IMG/VR virus record: IMGVR_UViG_3300043775_002552
Location: 4,604 to 68,603 of that record
From: a virus
Length of the DNA stretch: 64,000 bases
Strand: one strand, 5' to 3'
Shown piece after piece: positions 38,871 to 47,514 of the stretch; position 1 is the first letter of the stretch; each line of letters begins with the position of its first letter. Made by a program: the position numbers and the translations under genes. A model generated the notes under the pieces. That model was not told where the DNA came from. It saw nothing but the letters and a program-made list of their open reading frames with translations, and did no database searches.

Positions 38871-39560
38871 ATGTCTATAGATAAAAAAATATTAGAAGAA
38901 TTAAAAAGGTTTAATCAAATTAACACTTATGTTCTTAAAGAACAGGCAGAAGATGTACCACCTCCACCTGACGCGGCGGGAGGGTTACCTACTGATTTGC
39001 CTCCACCACCGGCAGATGCTGCAGGTGATATTCCTCCACCACCGGCAGATGCGGCTGCAGGGGCACCACCAGCAGATGCTGCGGCAACTGAGGTTCCTGA
39101 ACCTGTTGATGTTGAAAACGATCCTGATGTTGACGTTGTTGACGATAAAAAAGAAGATGAGGGTGAAGGTGATACTGAGGAATTAGATATTACTGATTTG
39201 GTAACCACACAACAAGAAATTAGAGATAAACAAGACGAGTTTATGGATAATATCTTTTCTAAATTAGACGATTTACAAGGTAAATTGGAAGCAATGGACG
39301 GTATACTTCAAAAAATAGACGGTTTAGAATCTAAGATTGAAAAAATGAGACCAAAAACTCCTGAAGAAAAATTGGAACTTAGAAGTTTAGATTCTGGTCC
39401 ATTCAAACAAAAATTAAGTGATTTTTTTGATGAGAAAAAAAGTGAAATGGAAGAAACAGGAAAAAATGAATATGTTTTAACTTCTGACGAAGTTGAAAGT
39501 TTTTCACCATCCGAAATCAAAAAAACATTTAATAAGTATGATATAGAAGAAGAGTTATAA
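38871..39560 (+). CDS. Acidic, proline-rich coiled-coil protein (possible head scaffold/internal protein)
   Basis: PPP(A)DAA repeats, acidic linker, heptad region and N-terminal VLKEQ. Confidence 0.55.
   Translation: MSIDKKILEELKRFNQINTYVLKEQAEDVPPPPDAAGGLPTDLPPPPADAAGDIPPPPADAAAGAPPADAAATEVPEPVDVENDPDVDVVDDKKEDEGEGDTEELDITDLVTTQQEIRDKQDEFMDNIFSKLDDLQGKLEAMDGILQKIDGLESKIEKMRPKTPEEKLELRSLDSGPFKQKLSDFFDEKKSEMEETGKNEYVLTSDEVESFSPSEIKKTFNKYDIEEEL
38958..39087 (+). repeat. Four coding PPP(A)DAA(G) repeats
   Basis: CCTCCACCACCGGCAGATGC occurs twice exactly, plus two variants. Confidence 0.8.
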
Positions 39561-39581
39561 TTATTTTTTAAATAATAAATT

Positions 39582-39606
39582 AAGGGGTTTTTTAACCCCT
39601 TTTTTT
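39582..39606 (+). terminator. Intrinsic terminator
   Basis: AAGGGGTT-TTTT-AACCCCTT followed by a T-tract. Confidence 0.85.
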
Positions 39607-39617
39607 GTTTTATCAAT

Positions 39618-39645
39618 TTGACAATTTAAGAAAATCACTTATAAT
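39618..39645 (+). promoter_or_regulatory. Sigma70-type promoter of replication operon
   Basis: TTGACA-16 nt-TATAAT upstream of the SSB gene. Confidence 0.7.
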
Positions 39646-39683
39646 TGTATAAAGATAAAAGAGTAATAATTAAAAATTAATTT

Positions 39684-40538
39684 ATGGCAAATTCAGTATT
39701 AGATTCAGTACTTGCGCAGTACGAAAAGAATTCAAATCCTACGGGAAACTCAACACCAAGAATGTCTGAACAAGACAGATTAAAAAGGTATTTCACAACC
39801 CTTTTAGGTAAAAACGAAAAATCAGGACAAAAAAGAGTTAGAATCCTACCAACTAAAGACGGATCATCACCATTTGTTGAAGTATGGTATCACGAAGTTT
39901 TGGTTGATGGTAAATGGCAAAAACTTTATGATCCGGGAAAAAACGACGGAGAAAGATCACCACTTAATGAAGTTTATGAAGAACTTATGTCAACAGGTAA
40001 AGACAGTGATAAAAAGTTGGCGTCTGAATACAGATCAAGATTGTTTTATATTGTAAAATTAGTTGACCGTGACAACGAACAAGACGGACCTAAGTTTTGG
40101 CGTTTTAAACACAACTATAAGCAAGAAGGTATCTTGGATAAGATCCTACCTATTTGGAAAGCTAAAGGAAATGTAACAGACGCTGAAAATGGTAGAGACC
40201 TTATCATTGAATTATCAAAGGCAAAAACACCACAAGGTAAAGAGTACACAGTTGTTCAAACTATTATGTATGACGATCCCGCACCACTACACACTGACAA
40301 TGGTCAAATGAAAGAGTGGGTGGGCGATGAAACAACTTGGAATGATGTTTACGCTAAAAAACCTGTAGAATATTTAGAGGCAATTGCAAGTGGACAAACA
40401 CCAATTTGGAACTCTGAACTTAAAAAGTATGTTTATGGTGAAAACGCTGAAATTTCTTTAGGTGGATCTAAAACTGAAGAATTGGTAATTGTTGACCCAC
40501 AGGCTAACGACGAGGCAGACGAGGAACTTCCTTTCTAA
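39684..40538 (+). CDS. Single-stranded DNA-binding protein (T4 gp32-like)
   Basis: VRILP....SPF....YH, V.LVDR....GPKFW.F, D..NGRDL.I and acidic tail ending DEELPF. Confidence 0.85.
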   Translation: MANSVLDSVLAQYEKNSNPTGNSTPRMSEQDRLKRYFTTLLGKNEKSGQKRVRILPTKDGSSPFVEVWYHEVLVDGKWQKLYDPGKNDGERSPLNEVYEELMSTGKDSDKKLASEYRSRLFYIVKLVDRDNEQDGPKFWRFKHNYKQEGILDKILPIWKAKGNVTDAENGRDLIIELSKAKTPQGKEYTVVQTIMYDDPAPLHTDNGQMKEWVGDETTWNDVYAKKPVEYLEAIASGQTPIWNSELKKYVYGENAEISLGGSKTEELVIVDPQANDEADEELPF

Positions 40539-40548
40539 AAAAAACATT

Positions 40549-40579
40549 TGGGCATTGAGTTGATTAATGCCCATTTTTT
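40549..40579 (+). terminator. Intrinsic terminator
   Basis: TGGGCATTGA-GTTGA-TTAATGCCCA followed by a T-tract. Confidence 0.75.
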
Positions 40580-40602
40580 ATTTAATTTTTTAAAAAAACA
40601 AT

Positions 40603-40899
40603 ATGAATAAAATATCAGAAAAAATGTATGAAGCATTGATCTTAAAATATAGATCAGAAATGGCGGAAGCCGAAGCAACACTTCTTGTTTATTTTAACAA
40701 CCCTGTGGGTATTGGAGAACACCCACAACATTTGGAAGAAATGGATAAAATGGTTGAAAAAATGACAACAGCTAAAGATAAACTTGATATGCTTGAAACA
40801 GTATATAGGTATAACCTTAAAAAGGATAGTGAGTTTTTGGTTACCGAAGATATGTTGAAAATAATTAACGAACAAAACAGAGAAGAAAATGGCAATTAA
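40603..40899 (+). CDS. Phage hypothetical protein
   Basis: Y..NPVGIGEHP...EE.DK motif, recalled from large T4-like phages. Confidence 0.7.
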   Translation: MNKISEKMYEALILKYRSEMAEAEATLLVYFNNPVGIGEHPQHLEEMDKMVEKMTTAKDKLDMLETVYRYNLKKDSEFLVTEDMLKIINEQNREENGN

Positions 40900-41896
40900 G
40901 AAGAGTGACTTCGGTTCATTAAAAAAGAAATTCTCCACATCGGCAAAATATAAACCACAAAGATTTTTTGATCTTGGTGAACCATTTTTGGATGCGGTTG
41001 GTCTTCCGGGACCTGCGATGGGACATATAAATATGTTTCTTGGACATTCAGATACGGGTAAGACAACGGCACTTGTAAAAACGGCAGTTGACGCGCAAAA
41101 GAAAGGTATTCTACCTGTGTTTATTATTACAGAACAAAAATGGAGTTTTGAACATGCCAAACTTATGGGTTTTGAATGTGAAGAAGTTGTTGATACAGAA
41201 ACTGGTGAATTAGAGTGGGATGGCTTTTACATCTTTAATAATAACTTTGATTACATTGAACAAATTACAGATTACATTAATGAATTATTAGATGCTCAAG
41301 AAAAAGGTGATTTAGATTATTCATTATGTATTATGTGGGATTCTGTTGGATCCGTACCTTGTAAAATGACTTATGAAGGTAAAGGTGGAAAACAACACAA
41401 TGCTAGTGTTTTAGCGGACAAAATTGGTATGGGAATCAACCAAAGAATATCGGGATCACGTAAATCTGATTCTAAATTTGAAAACACCCTGATCATTGTT
41501 AATCAGCCTTGGGTGGAATTACCTGACAATCCTTTTGGACAACCAAAGATTAAGGCAAAAGGTGGTGAAGCAATTTGGTTAAACTCATCATTGGTATTTT
41601 TATTTGGAAATCAAAAAGGTGCTGGCACAACTAAGATTACCGCAACAAAAGACAAACGAACAGTTAAGTTTGCATCAAGAACAAAAGTGTCTGTAATGAA
41701 AAATCACATTAACGGACTTGGGTTTGAAGATGGTAAGATCATTGTAACACCACACGGGTTTTTGCCGGGTAAAGAAGCTGCTGAAGAAAAGGTATCAATT
41801 GAACAATACAAAAAAGATTATGCCGAATATTGGAAAGAAATTATTGGAGTTGACGGTGACTTTGATTTGAAAGCGGAAAAAGAAGAAGTTGAGTAG
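40889..41896 (+). CDS. RecA/UvsX-like recombinase
   Basis: Walker A GHSDTGKT, Walker B IMWDSVG, IIVNQ, KGG.A and V.KNH. Confidence 0.9.
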   Translation: MAIKKSDFGSLKKKFSTSAKYKPQRFFDLGEPFLDAVGLPGPAMGHINMFLGHSDTGKTTALVKTAVDAQKKGILPVFIITEQKWSFEHAKLMGFECEEVVDTETGELEWDGFYIFNNNFDYIEQITDYINELLDAQEKGDLDYSLCIMWDSVGSVPCKMTYEGKGGKQHNASVLADKIGMGINQRISGSRKSDSKFENTLIIVNQPWVELPDNPFGQPKIKAKGGEAIWLNSSLVFLFGNQKGAGTTKITATKDKRTVKFASRTKVSVMKNHINGLGFEDGKIIVTPHGFLPGKEAAEEKVSIEQYKKDYAEYWKEIIGVDGDFDLKAEKEEVE

Positions 41897-41917
41897 AAAC
41901 CTTATAAGAAAAAATTA

Positions 41918-42928
41918 ATGACTAAAACTTTATTAGTCGATGGGAACAATTTATTAAAAATTGGATTTCACGGAGTTAAAGATTATTTTAATGGAACGGA
42001 GCATGTGGGTGGTATTTGGCACTTTTTAAATACCATCCGCAAGTTTTTAGAAGAAACCAATTATAATAAGGTTGTGGTCTTTTGGGATGGAGAATTATCA
42101 ACCGCACAAAGAAGAGTCCTGTACCCAAAATACAAACTTAACAGAAAAGGGGTAACTGAAGATTTTAAAGAAGAATCATTTGGTAAACAAAAACAACGGG
42201 TTAAACAATATTTGGAAGAAATGTTTGTTAGACAAGTTGAGTTTGAAAATTCAGAAGCTGACGACCTAATCGCATATTATTGCAAAATTTCAAAAAACGA
42301 ACACAAAACAATTTTTAGTGGTGATAGAGACCTTACACAACTTATTTCTGAAGATGTGACCATCTATTCGCCAAACACAAAAAAGTACTATAAGAACGGA
42401 GATAAGATCAAATTAAAAGAAATTGAAATTCCCCATTATAATGTAAAGACCTATAAAATAATAGCCGGTGATATGTCGGATAATATTGATGGTATATATT
42501 ATTTGGGTGAGAAAACAATAGTTAAATTATTTCCTGAGATACTTGAAAAAGAAATATCTTTTGACGATATTTTAAAAAAGGGTGAAGAACTATTAAAAGA
42601 ACAAAAAGATAATGTAGCCTTGAAAAATCTTCTTACTGGTAAAACTAAAGAAGGGATATTTGGAGAAGAATTCTTTGTCATTAACAAAAAAATCGTAGAT
42701 TTGTCCGAACCACTAATTAGTGACGAGGGAAAAGAATTGGTTGAACTATATTACTCTGAGTCATTGGATCCTGACGGAAGAGGGTATAAGAATCTGATTA
42801 AAATGATGATGGAGGATGGACTTTTTAAATATCTACCTAAAAGTGATGATCAGTGGGTTTATTTTTTAAGACCATTTTTAAAGTTAACAAGAAAAGAAAA
42901 ATCAAAATTTAAAAACAAAAAAGTATGA
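41918..42928 (+). CDS. 5'-3' exonuclease / flap endonuclease (T4 RNase H-like)
   Basis: LLVDGNNL, VFWDG, YPKYKLNR, EADDLIA, SGDRDLTQL and GDMSDNIDG...GEKT. Confidence 0.95.
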   Translation: MTKTLLVDGNNLLKIGFHGVKDYFNGTEHVGGIWHFLNTIRKFLEETNYNKVVVFWDGELSTAQRRVLYPKYKLNRKGVTEDFKEESFGKQKQRVKQYLEEMFVRQVEFENSEADDLIAYYCKISKNEHKTIFSGDRDLTQLISEDVTIYSPNTKKYYKNGDKIKLKEIEIPHYNVKTYKIIAGDMSDNIDGIYYLGEKTIVKLFPEILEKEISFDDILKKGEELLKEQKDNVALKNLLTGKTKEGIFGEEFFVINKKIVDLSEPLISDEGKELVELYYSESLDPDGRGYKNLIKMMMEDGLFKYLPKSDDQWVYFLRPFLKLTRKEKSKFKNKKV

Positions 42929-43377
42929 AAGAACAAAATGACGTAACAAAGGTTGAATTTTTGATCACATTAAATGATAATTTTGTGGTACAAAGATTTT
43001 TCAATGTTAAAGGGTATAACCCAAACGTTAAAAATAGTGTTGATCTTTATGATTTGATGTGTGAGATATCAAATGACGTAAAAAGGATATTAAGAAACAA
43101 AACGGTAGATTACATGCTGGATAATCAATATGTAATTGAGTCAGACCCTACGGCTCTTGAAACCTCAAATACTGATGGTCCAGAGCTATTTAACATTTAT
43201 TTAAAGGCCGAAAATGAGACAATTTATCATAGAGTGATTGATGCCAAGTTATACCCGCCAAAGATAAGATACACTCTGGATACCCGCCCAATCCTAAAAT
43301 CGGTATTGAAGAACCTAACTGACATTTTGTCAGAGAAAAAAATTACTACAAAATATCTTGAATATACACTAGCTTAA
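42925..43377 (+). CDS. Hypothetical protein
   Basis: ATGA overlap with the exonuclease gene. No recognisable motif. Confidence 0.7.
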   Translation: MKEQNDVTKVEFLITLNDNFVVQRFFNVKGYNPNVKNSVDLYDLMCEISNDVKRILRNKTVDYMLDNQYVIESDPTALETSNTDGPELFNIYLKAENETIYHRVIDAKLYPPKIRYTLDTRPILKSVLKNLTDILSEKKITTKYLEYTLA

Positions 43378-43415
43378 AGATATTTATTAAAAACAGGAAA
43401 CAAACTTAAAACTAT

Positions 43416-44795
43416 ATGTCAGACAAGAAAAATTTCGGTTATTTAGGGAACACATTTCAGATCCAATTACTTAACAATATTATACTTTACAAAGATTTCT
43501 CAAACACAATTATTGATGTAATTGACCCTCACTATTTTGATAACCAATACTTTCGTCTGATTTGTCAAATGATTAAAGAGTATTATACAAAGTACGAACA
43601 CACACCTACTTTTGATACTTTAGAACAACTCGCAAAATCTGAGATTACATCACCTATGGCACAAAAAAGTGTCTTGGATATGGTAGAACAAATTAAATCA
43701 ACTCCTGATGATGGGTATGAGTTTGTTCAAGAAAAATCATTAAAATTTTGTAAACAACAAGAACTTCAAAAAGTAATGGGTAAGGCTCAAAAAATCATTG
43801 ACAAAGGTGATTTTGAAAGTTATGACAGATTGGAAGAAATGGTTAGAGGCGCACTTCAAGTTGGGGAAGTGGATAAAGGGACTAACGATGTGTTTTACGA
43901 TTTAGACGAAGTATTAAATGAAGATTATAGACACCCAATTCCAATTGGGGTTGCAGGAATTGACAATCTACTTAAAGGTGGTTTGGCGAAAGGAGAGATA
44001 GGAGTAATATTAGCACCAACAGGGGTTGGAAAAAGTACGTTTACAACAAAGATCGCAAACCACGCTTTTAATTTAGGTTACAATGTTTTACAGATTTTCT
44101 TTGAAGACAACCCAAAAATTATTCAAAGAAAACATTTTACTTTATGGACAGGAATTGCACCTGACGATTTATCAGACCATAAAGATGAGGTAATGGAAAC
44201 GGTTAAACAAATTCAAAAACAAAGAAAAAACAAATTAATTTTGAAAAAATTACCGTCTGATACCGTAACAATGAATCAAATAAAAAATCAGGTAAGAAAA
44301 ATGATTGCGGATGGGACAAGAATTGATATGATTATTTTGGATTATATTGATTGTGTCGTTCCTGACAAAATGCTTGGAGATGAATGGAAGAGTGAGGGAT
44401 CTGTTATGAGATCATTTGAAGCTCTATGTCACGAATTAAATATTGCCGGATGGACAGCAACACAAGGTAACAGAAACTCTATATCTTCTGAAGTTGTAAC
44501 AACCGATCAAATGGGTGGATCCATTAAAAAAGCACAAGTAGGTCACGTTATCATTACTGTCGCGAAATCATTACAACAAAAAGAAATGAATTTAGCAACT
44601 ATTGCGATTACAAAATCAAGAATTGGAAAAGATGGTATCATCTTTGAAAATTGTAAATTTGACAACGGAATGTTAGAAATTGACACGGAACAAAGTGTTA
44701 CATTTTTAGGGCATGAAGAGCAAAAAGAAGAAAAAAATCGTAATAGAATCAAAGAACTTCTTGAACAAAGAAGACAAAGAGAAAATCAAGTTTAA
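43416..44795 (+). CDS. DnaB-like replicative helicase (T4 gp41-like)
   Basis: GGL.KGE.G.ILAPTGVGKS, IILDYID, WTATQGNR and KSRIG. Confidence 0.92.
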   Translation: MSDKKNFGYLGNTFQIQLLNNIILYKDFSNTIIDVIDPHYFDNQYFRLICQMIKEYYTKYEHTPTFDTLEQLAKSEITSPMAQKSVLDMVEQIKSTPDDGYEFVQEKSLKFCKQQELQKVMGKAQKIIDKGDFESYDRLEEMVRGALQVGEVDKGTNDVFYDLDEVLNEDYRHPIPIGVAGIDNLLKGGLAKGEIGVILAPTGVGKSTFTTKIANHAFNLGYNVLQIFFEDNPKIIQRKHFTLWTGIAPDDLSDHKDEVMETVKQIQKQRKNKLILKKLPSDTVTMNQIKNQVRKMIADGTRIDMIILDYIDCVVPDKMLGDEWKSEGSVMRSFEALCHELNIAGWTATQGNRNSISSEVVTTDQMGGSIKKAQVGHVIITVAKSLQQKEMNLATIAITKSRIGKDGIIFENCKFDNGMLEIDTEQSVTFLGHEEQKEEKNRNRIKELLEQRRQRENQV

Positions 44796-44822
44796 CAAAT
44801 AAATTTAATAAATTAATACAAA

Positions 44823-46682
44823 ATGGATATTTCGCAAAAAATATTAAGTGACATCACTGTCTTTATGAAATACGCTAAGTTTCAACCTGAATTGAACAGA
44901 AGAGAGACTTGGGAGGAGTTGGTTACTCGTAATAAAGAAATGCACCAAAAGAAATACCCTCAAATTAAAAATGAGATTGAGGAAGTATATAAAATGGTGT
45001 ATGACAAAAAAGTTTTACCGTCAATGAGATCGTTACAATTTGGTGGAAAACCAATTGAGATTTCACCAAACAGAATTTACAATTGTGCGTATATGCCAAT
45101 TGATCACGTAGATGCATTTTCTGAAACAATGTTTCTTTTATTAGGTGGTACGGGTGTTGGTTATTCAGTTCAAAAACATCACGTTGAAAAATTGCCAGAC
45201 ATTAAAAAACCAAATGCTGAAAGAACAAGACGTTATCTAATTGGAGATTCTATTGAAGGATGGGCAGATGCGATCAAAGTACTTATGGAGTCTTATTTAG
45301 GGTACAAATCATCAACACCTATTTTTGATTTTTCAGATATTAGACACAAGGGGGCAAATCTTGTAACATCAGGAGGAAAGGCGCCGGGTCCCCAACCATT
45401 AAAAGATTGTATTCATAACATTACAAAAGTGTTGGATAACAAAAAAGATGGTGAAAAATTAACACCAATTGAAACTCACGATATCGTATGCCATGTTGCT
45501 GATGCGGTACTAGCGGGTGGTATTAGAAGAGCTGCACTTATTTCATTATTCTCTGCCGACGATGAAGAAATGATTTCTTGTAAATCTGGATCTTGGTGGG
45601 AACAAAACCCACAAAGAGGTAGAGCAAATAACTCAGCAGTACTTCTTCGTCACAAAATCACAAAAGAATTCTTTATGGGTCTTTGGAAACGTATTGAACT
45701 TTCAGGAGCAGGAGAGCCAGGAATCTACTTATCTAACGATAAAGATTGGGGAACAAACCCTTGTTGTGAGATTGCACTTAGACCTTTCCAATTCTGTAAC
45801 TTGTGTGAGGTTAATGCTTCTGATATTGAATCACAAGAAGATTTTGACGCAAGAGTTAAGGCAGCATCATTCATCGGTACACTACAGGCGGGATATACTG
45901 ACTTCCATTATTTAAGAGATATTTGGAAAAGAACAACTGAAAAAGACGCACTTATCGGTGTAGGTATGACAGGAATTGGTTCAGGTGTTGTACTTGGTTA
46001 TGATATGAAAAAGGCGGCTAAAGCAGTTAAAGAAGAAAATGAAAGAGTTGCTGGTCTTATTGGAATTAACAAATCTGCAAGAACAACAACAGTTAAACCA
46101 TCAGGTACTTCATCATTGGTATTGGGTACGTCATCAGGAATCCACGCATGGCATAATGATTACTACTTAAGAAGAATACGTGTTGGTAAAAATGAATCAA
46201 TCTACTCTTATCTTGCAATTTACCATCCTGAACTTATTGAAGATGAGTTTTTCCGTCCTCATGATACTGCGGTAATTACAATCCCACAAAAGGCACCTGA
46301 AGGGTCTATTGTTAGACACGAGTCAGTATTCCAAATGTTGGAACGAGTTAAAAAAGTATCTCAAGAATGGATTAAGTCTGGTCATAGAAATGGTCAAAAT
46401 ACCCACAACGTATCTGCAACTGTTTCAATTAAAGAAGACGAATGGGATCTAGTTGGTGATTGGATGTGGAATAACAGAGATTTTTATAACGGACTTTCAG
46501 TATTACCATATAATGGAGGGACATATACACAAGCACCTTTTGAAGATTGTACAAAAGAAGACTTTGAAAAATTGGTTAAAACATTAACAGATGTTGATCT
46601 TACAAAAGTTATTGAGTTACAAGATAATACCGATTTAAGAGGTGAAGCTGCGTGTGCGGGAGGTGCTTGTGAAATAGTATAG
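44823..46682 (+). CDS. nrdJ: Class II (adenosylcobalamin-dependent) ribonucleotide reductase
   Basis: LPSMR, YNC, GGIRRAA, RANNS, TNPCCEI, FCNL, TTVKPSGT, Y.QAPFE and C-terminal CAGGAC. No beta subunit gene nearby. Confidence 0.9.
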   Translation: MDISQKILSDITVFMKYAKFQPELNRRETWEELVTRNKEMHQKKYPQIKNEIEEVYKMVYDKKVLPSMRSLQFGGKPIEISPNRIYNCAYMPIDHVDAFSETMFLLLGGTGVGYSVQKHHVEKLPDIKKPNAERTRRYLIGDSIEGWADAIKVLMESYLGYKSSTPIFDFSDIRHKGANLVTSGGKAPGPQPLKDCIHNITKVLDNKKDGEKLTPIETHDIVCHVADAVLAGGIRRAALISLFSADDEEMISCKSGSWWEQNPQRGRANNSAVLLRHKITKEFFMGLWKRIELSGAGEPGIYLSNDKDWGTNPCCEIALRPFQFCNLCEVNASDIESQEDFDARVKAASFIGTLQAGYTDFHYLRDIWKRTTEKDALIGVGMTGIGSGVVLGYDMKKAAKAVKEENERVAGLIGINKSARTTTVKPSGTSSLVLGTSSGIHAWHNDYYLRRIRVGKNESIYSYLAIYHPELIEDEFFRPHDTAVITIPQKAPEGSIVRHESVFQMLERVKKVSQEWIKSGHRNGQNTHNVSATVSIKEDEWDLVGDWMWNNRDFYNGLSVLPYNGGTYTQAPFEDCTKEDFEKLVKTLTDVDLTKVIELQDNTDLRGEAACAGGACEIV

Positions 46683-46685
46683 GTT

Positions 46686-46766
46686 ATGAAAGTACAATGG
46701 GGAAATAATATAACGCTAACATACCAAGTTTTGTTAGCGTTCTATAACCAAAGAAAAACAAACTAA
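46686..46766 (+). CDS. Possible 26-aa peptide overlapping a hairpin
   Basis: MKVQWGNNITLTYQVLLAFYNQRKTN fits the gap exactly (3 nt after the nrdJ stop, 1 nt before the next ATG). Confidence 0.35.
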   Translation: MKVQWGNNITLTYQVLLAFYNQRKTN

Positions 46767-46767
46767 A

Positions 46768-46989
46768 ATGAATGTAAATGCATCAAAAGATTGGGTACAA
46801 GAGTTATTTGTGAGGGAGTTTATGTCACCAAAACTCCTTCCAACTGACTTTTATTATGATAGGGATGGTCGTATGGTTATGACTGAATCATATCATAAAA
46901 GACGAGGAAGATGTTGTGGAAATGGATGTTTACATTGTCCGTATGAACCAAAACATGAAAGAGGAACAACTAAATTAGAAAATCACTGA
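46768..46989 (+). CDS. DUF5522-like Cys-rich protein
   Basis: DFY....G..VMTE.YH.RRG.CCGNGC.HCPY. Confidence 0.8.
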   Translation: MNVNASKDWVQELFVREFMSPKLLPTDFYYDRDGRMVMTESYHKRRGRCCGNGCLHCPYEPKHERGTTKLENH

Positions 46990-47008
46990 GAAATCAGTGA
47001 TTTTTTTT
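46979..47008 (+). terminator. Intrinsic terminator
   Basis: AAAATCACTGA-GAAA-TCAGTGATTTT followed by a T-tract. Confidence 0.9.
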
Positions 47009-47033
47009 ATTTATATAAAATATCATAAGAATA

Positions 47034-47041
47034 TATTTATG
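47034..47041 (+). promoter_or_regulatory. TATTTAT putative late promoter
   Basis: TATTTATG lies 4 nt before the ATG at 47046. Another TATTTATA lies at 47008-47015. Confidence 0.55.
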
Positions 47042-47045
47042 TTAT

Positions 47046-47510
47046 ATGGCAAATGGTGTGACTTTTGGAATTATTTACCCTTTTAGGGAAACTACTAAGG
47101 GTACGTATTTTAAGTTATCTGAATTTCCTTCTGATGAAATAAGAAGTAATTTACTTCATTTAATTTTAACAAGAAGGGGTAGTAGGTATTATTTACCTGA
47201 CTTTGGAACAAGAATATATGAATATATATTTGAACCATTGGATGGATTGACTTTTGAGTCAATAAAATCCGAAATTGAAGAACAAGTAAATAAGTTTATT
47301 CCAAATGTTACTATAAATAACATAACGGTAGAGCCATATATTGATAGTGAAGAAGCGGAAGGTAAAATTAATACTGATCTTTTAGGTACTGCAGATATCT
47401 ATAAAATCCCTGGTTTAGCCACTCAAGAATATACTGCTAAACTAAAAATTGATTATACTGATAATACAAATGGTTTTGGATCAAGTCAATTTATAATAAT
47501 TAACATTTAA
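47046..47510 (+). CDS. Baseplate wedge / sheath initiator (gp25/GPW-like)
   Basis: IRSNL..LILTRRGSR...PDFGT.I..YIFEP. Confidence 0.92.
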   Translation: MANGVTFGIIYPFRETTKGTYFKLSEFPSDEIRSNLLHLILTRRGSRYYLPDFGTRIYEYIFEPLDGLTFESIKSEIEEQVNKFIPNVTINNITVEPYIDSEEAEGKINTDLLGTADIYKIPGLATQEYTAKLKIDYTDNTNGFGSSQFIIINI

Positions 47511-47514
47511 AAAA

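Noticed and set aside
9472-46682. Inteins or introns in polB, helicase, RecA or nrdJ
   Set aside because: Motif spacing and protein lengths look normal. No splice-junction or homing endonuclease motifs noticed.
46682-46767. Cobalamin riboswitch near nrdJ
   Set aside because: Downstream of the gene and lacks B12-box consensus.
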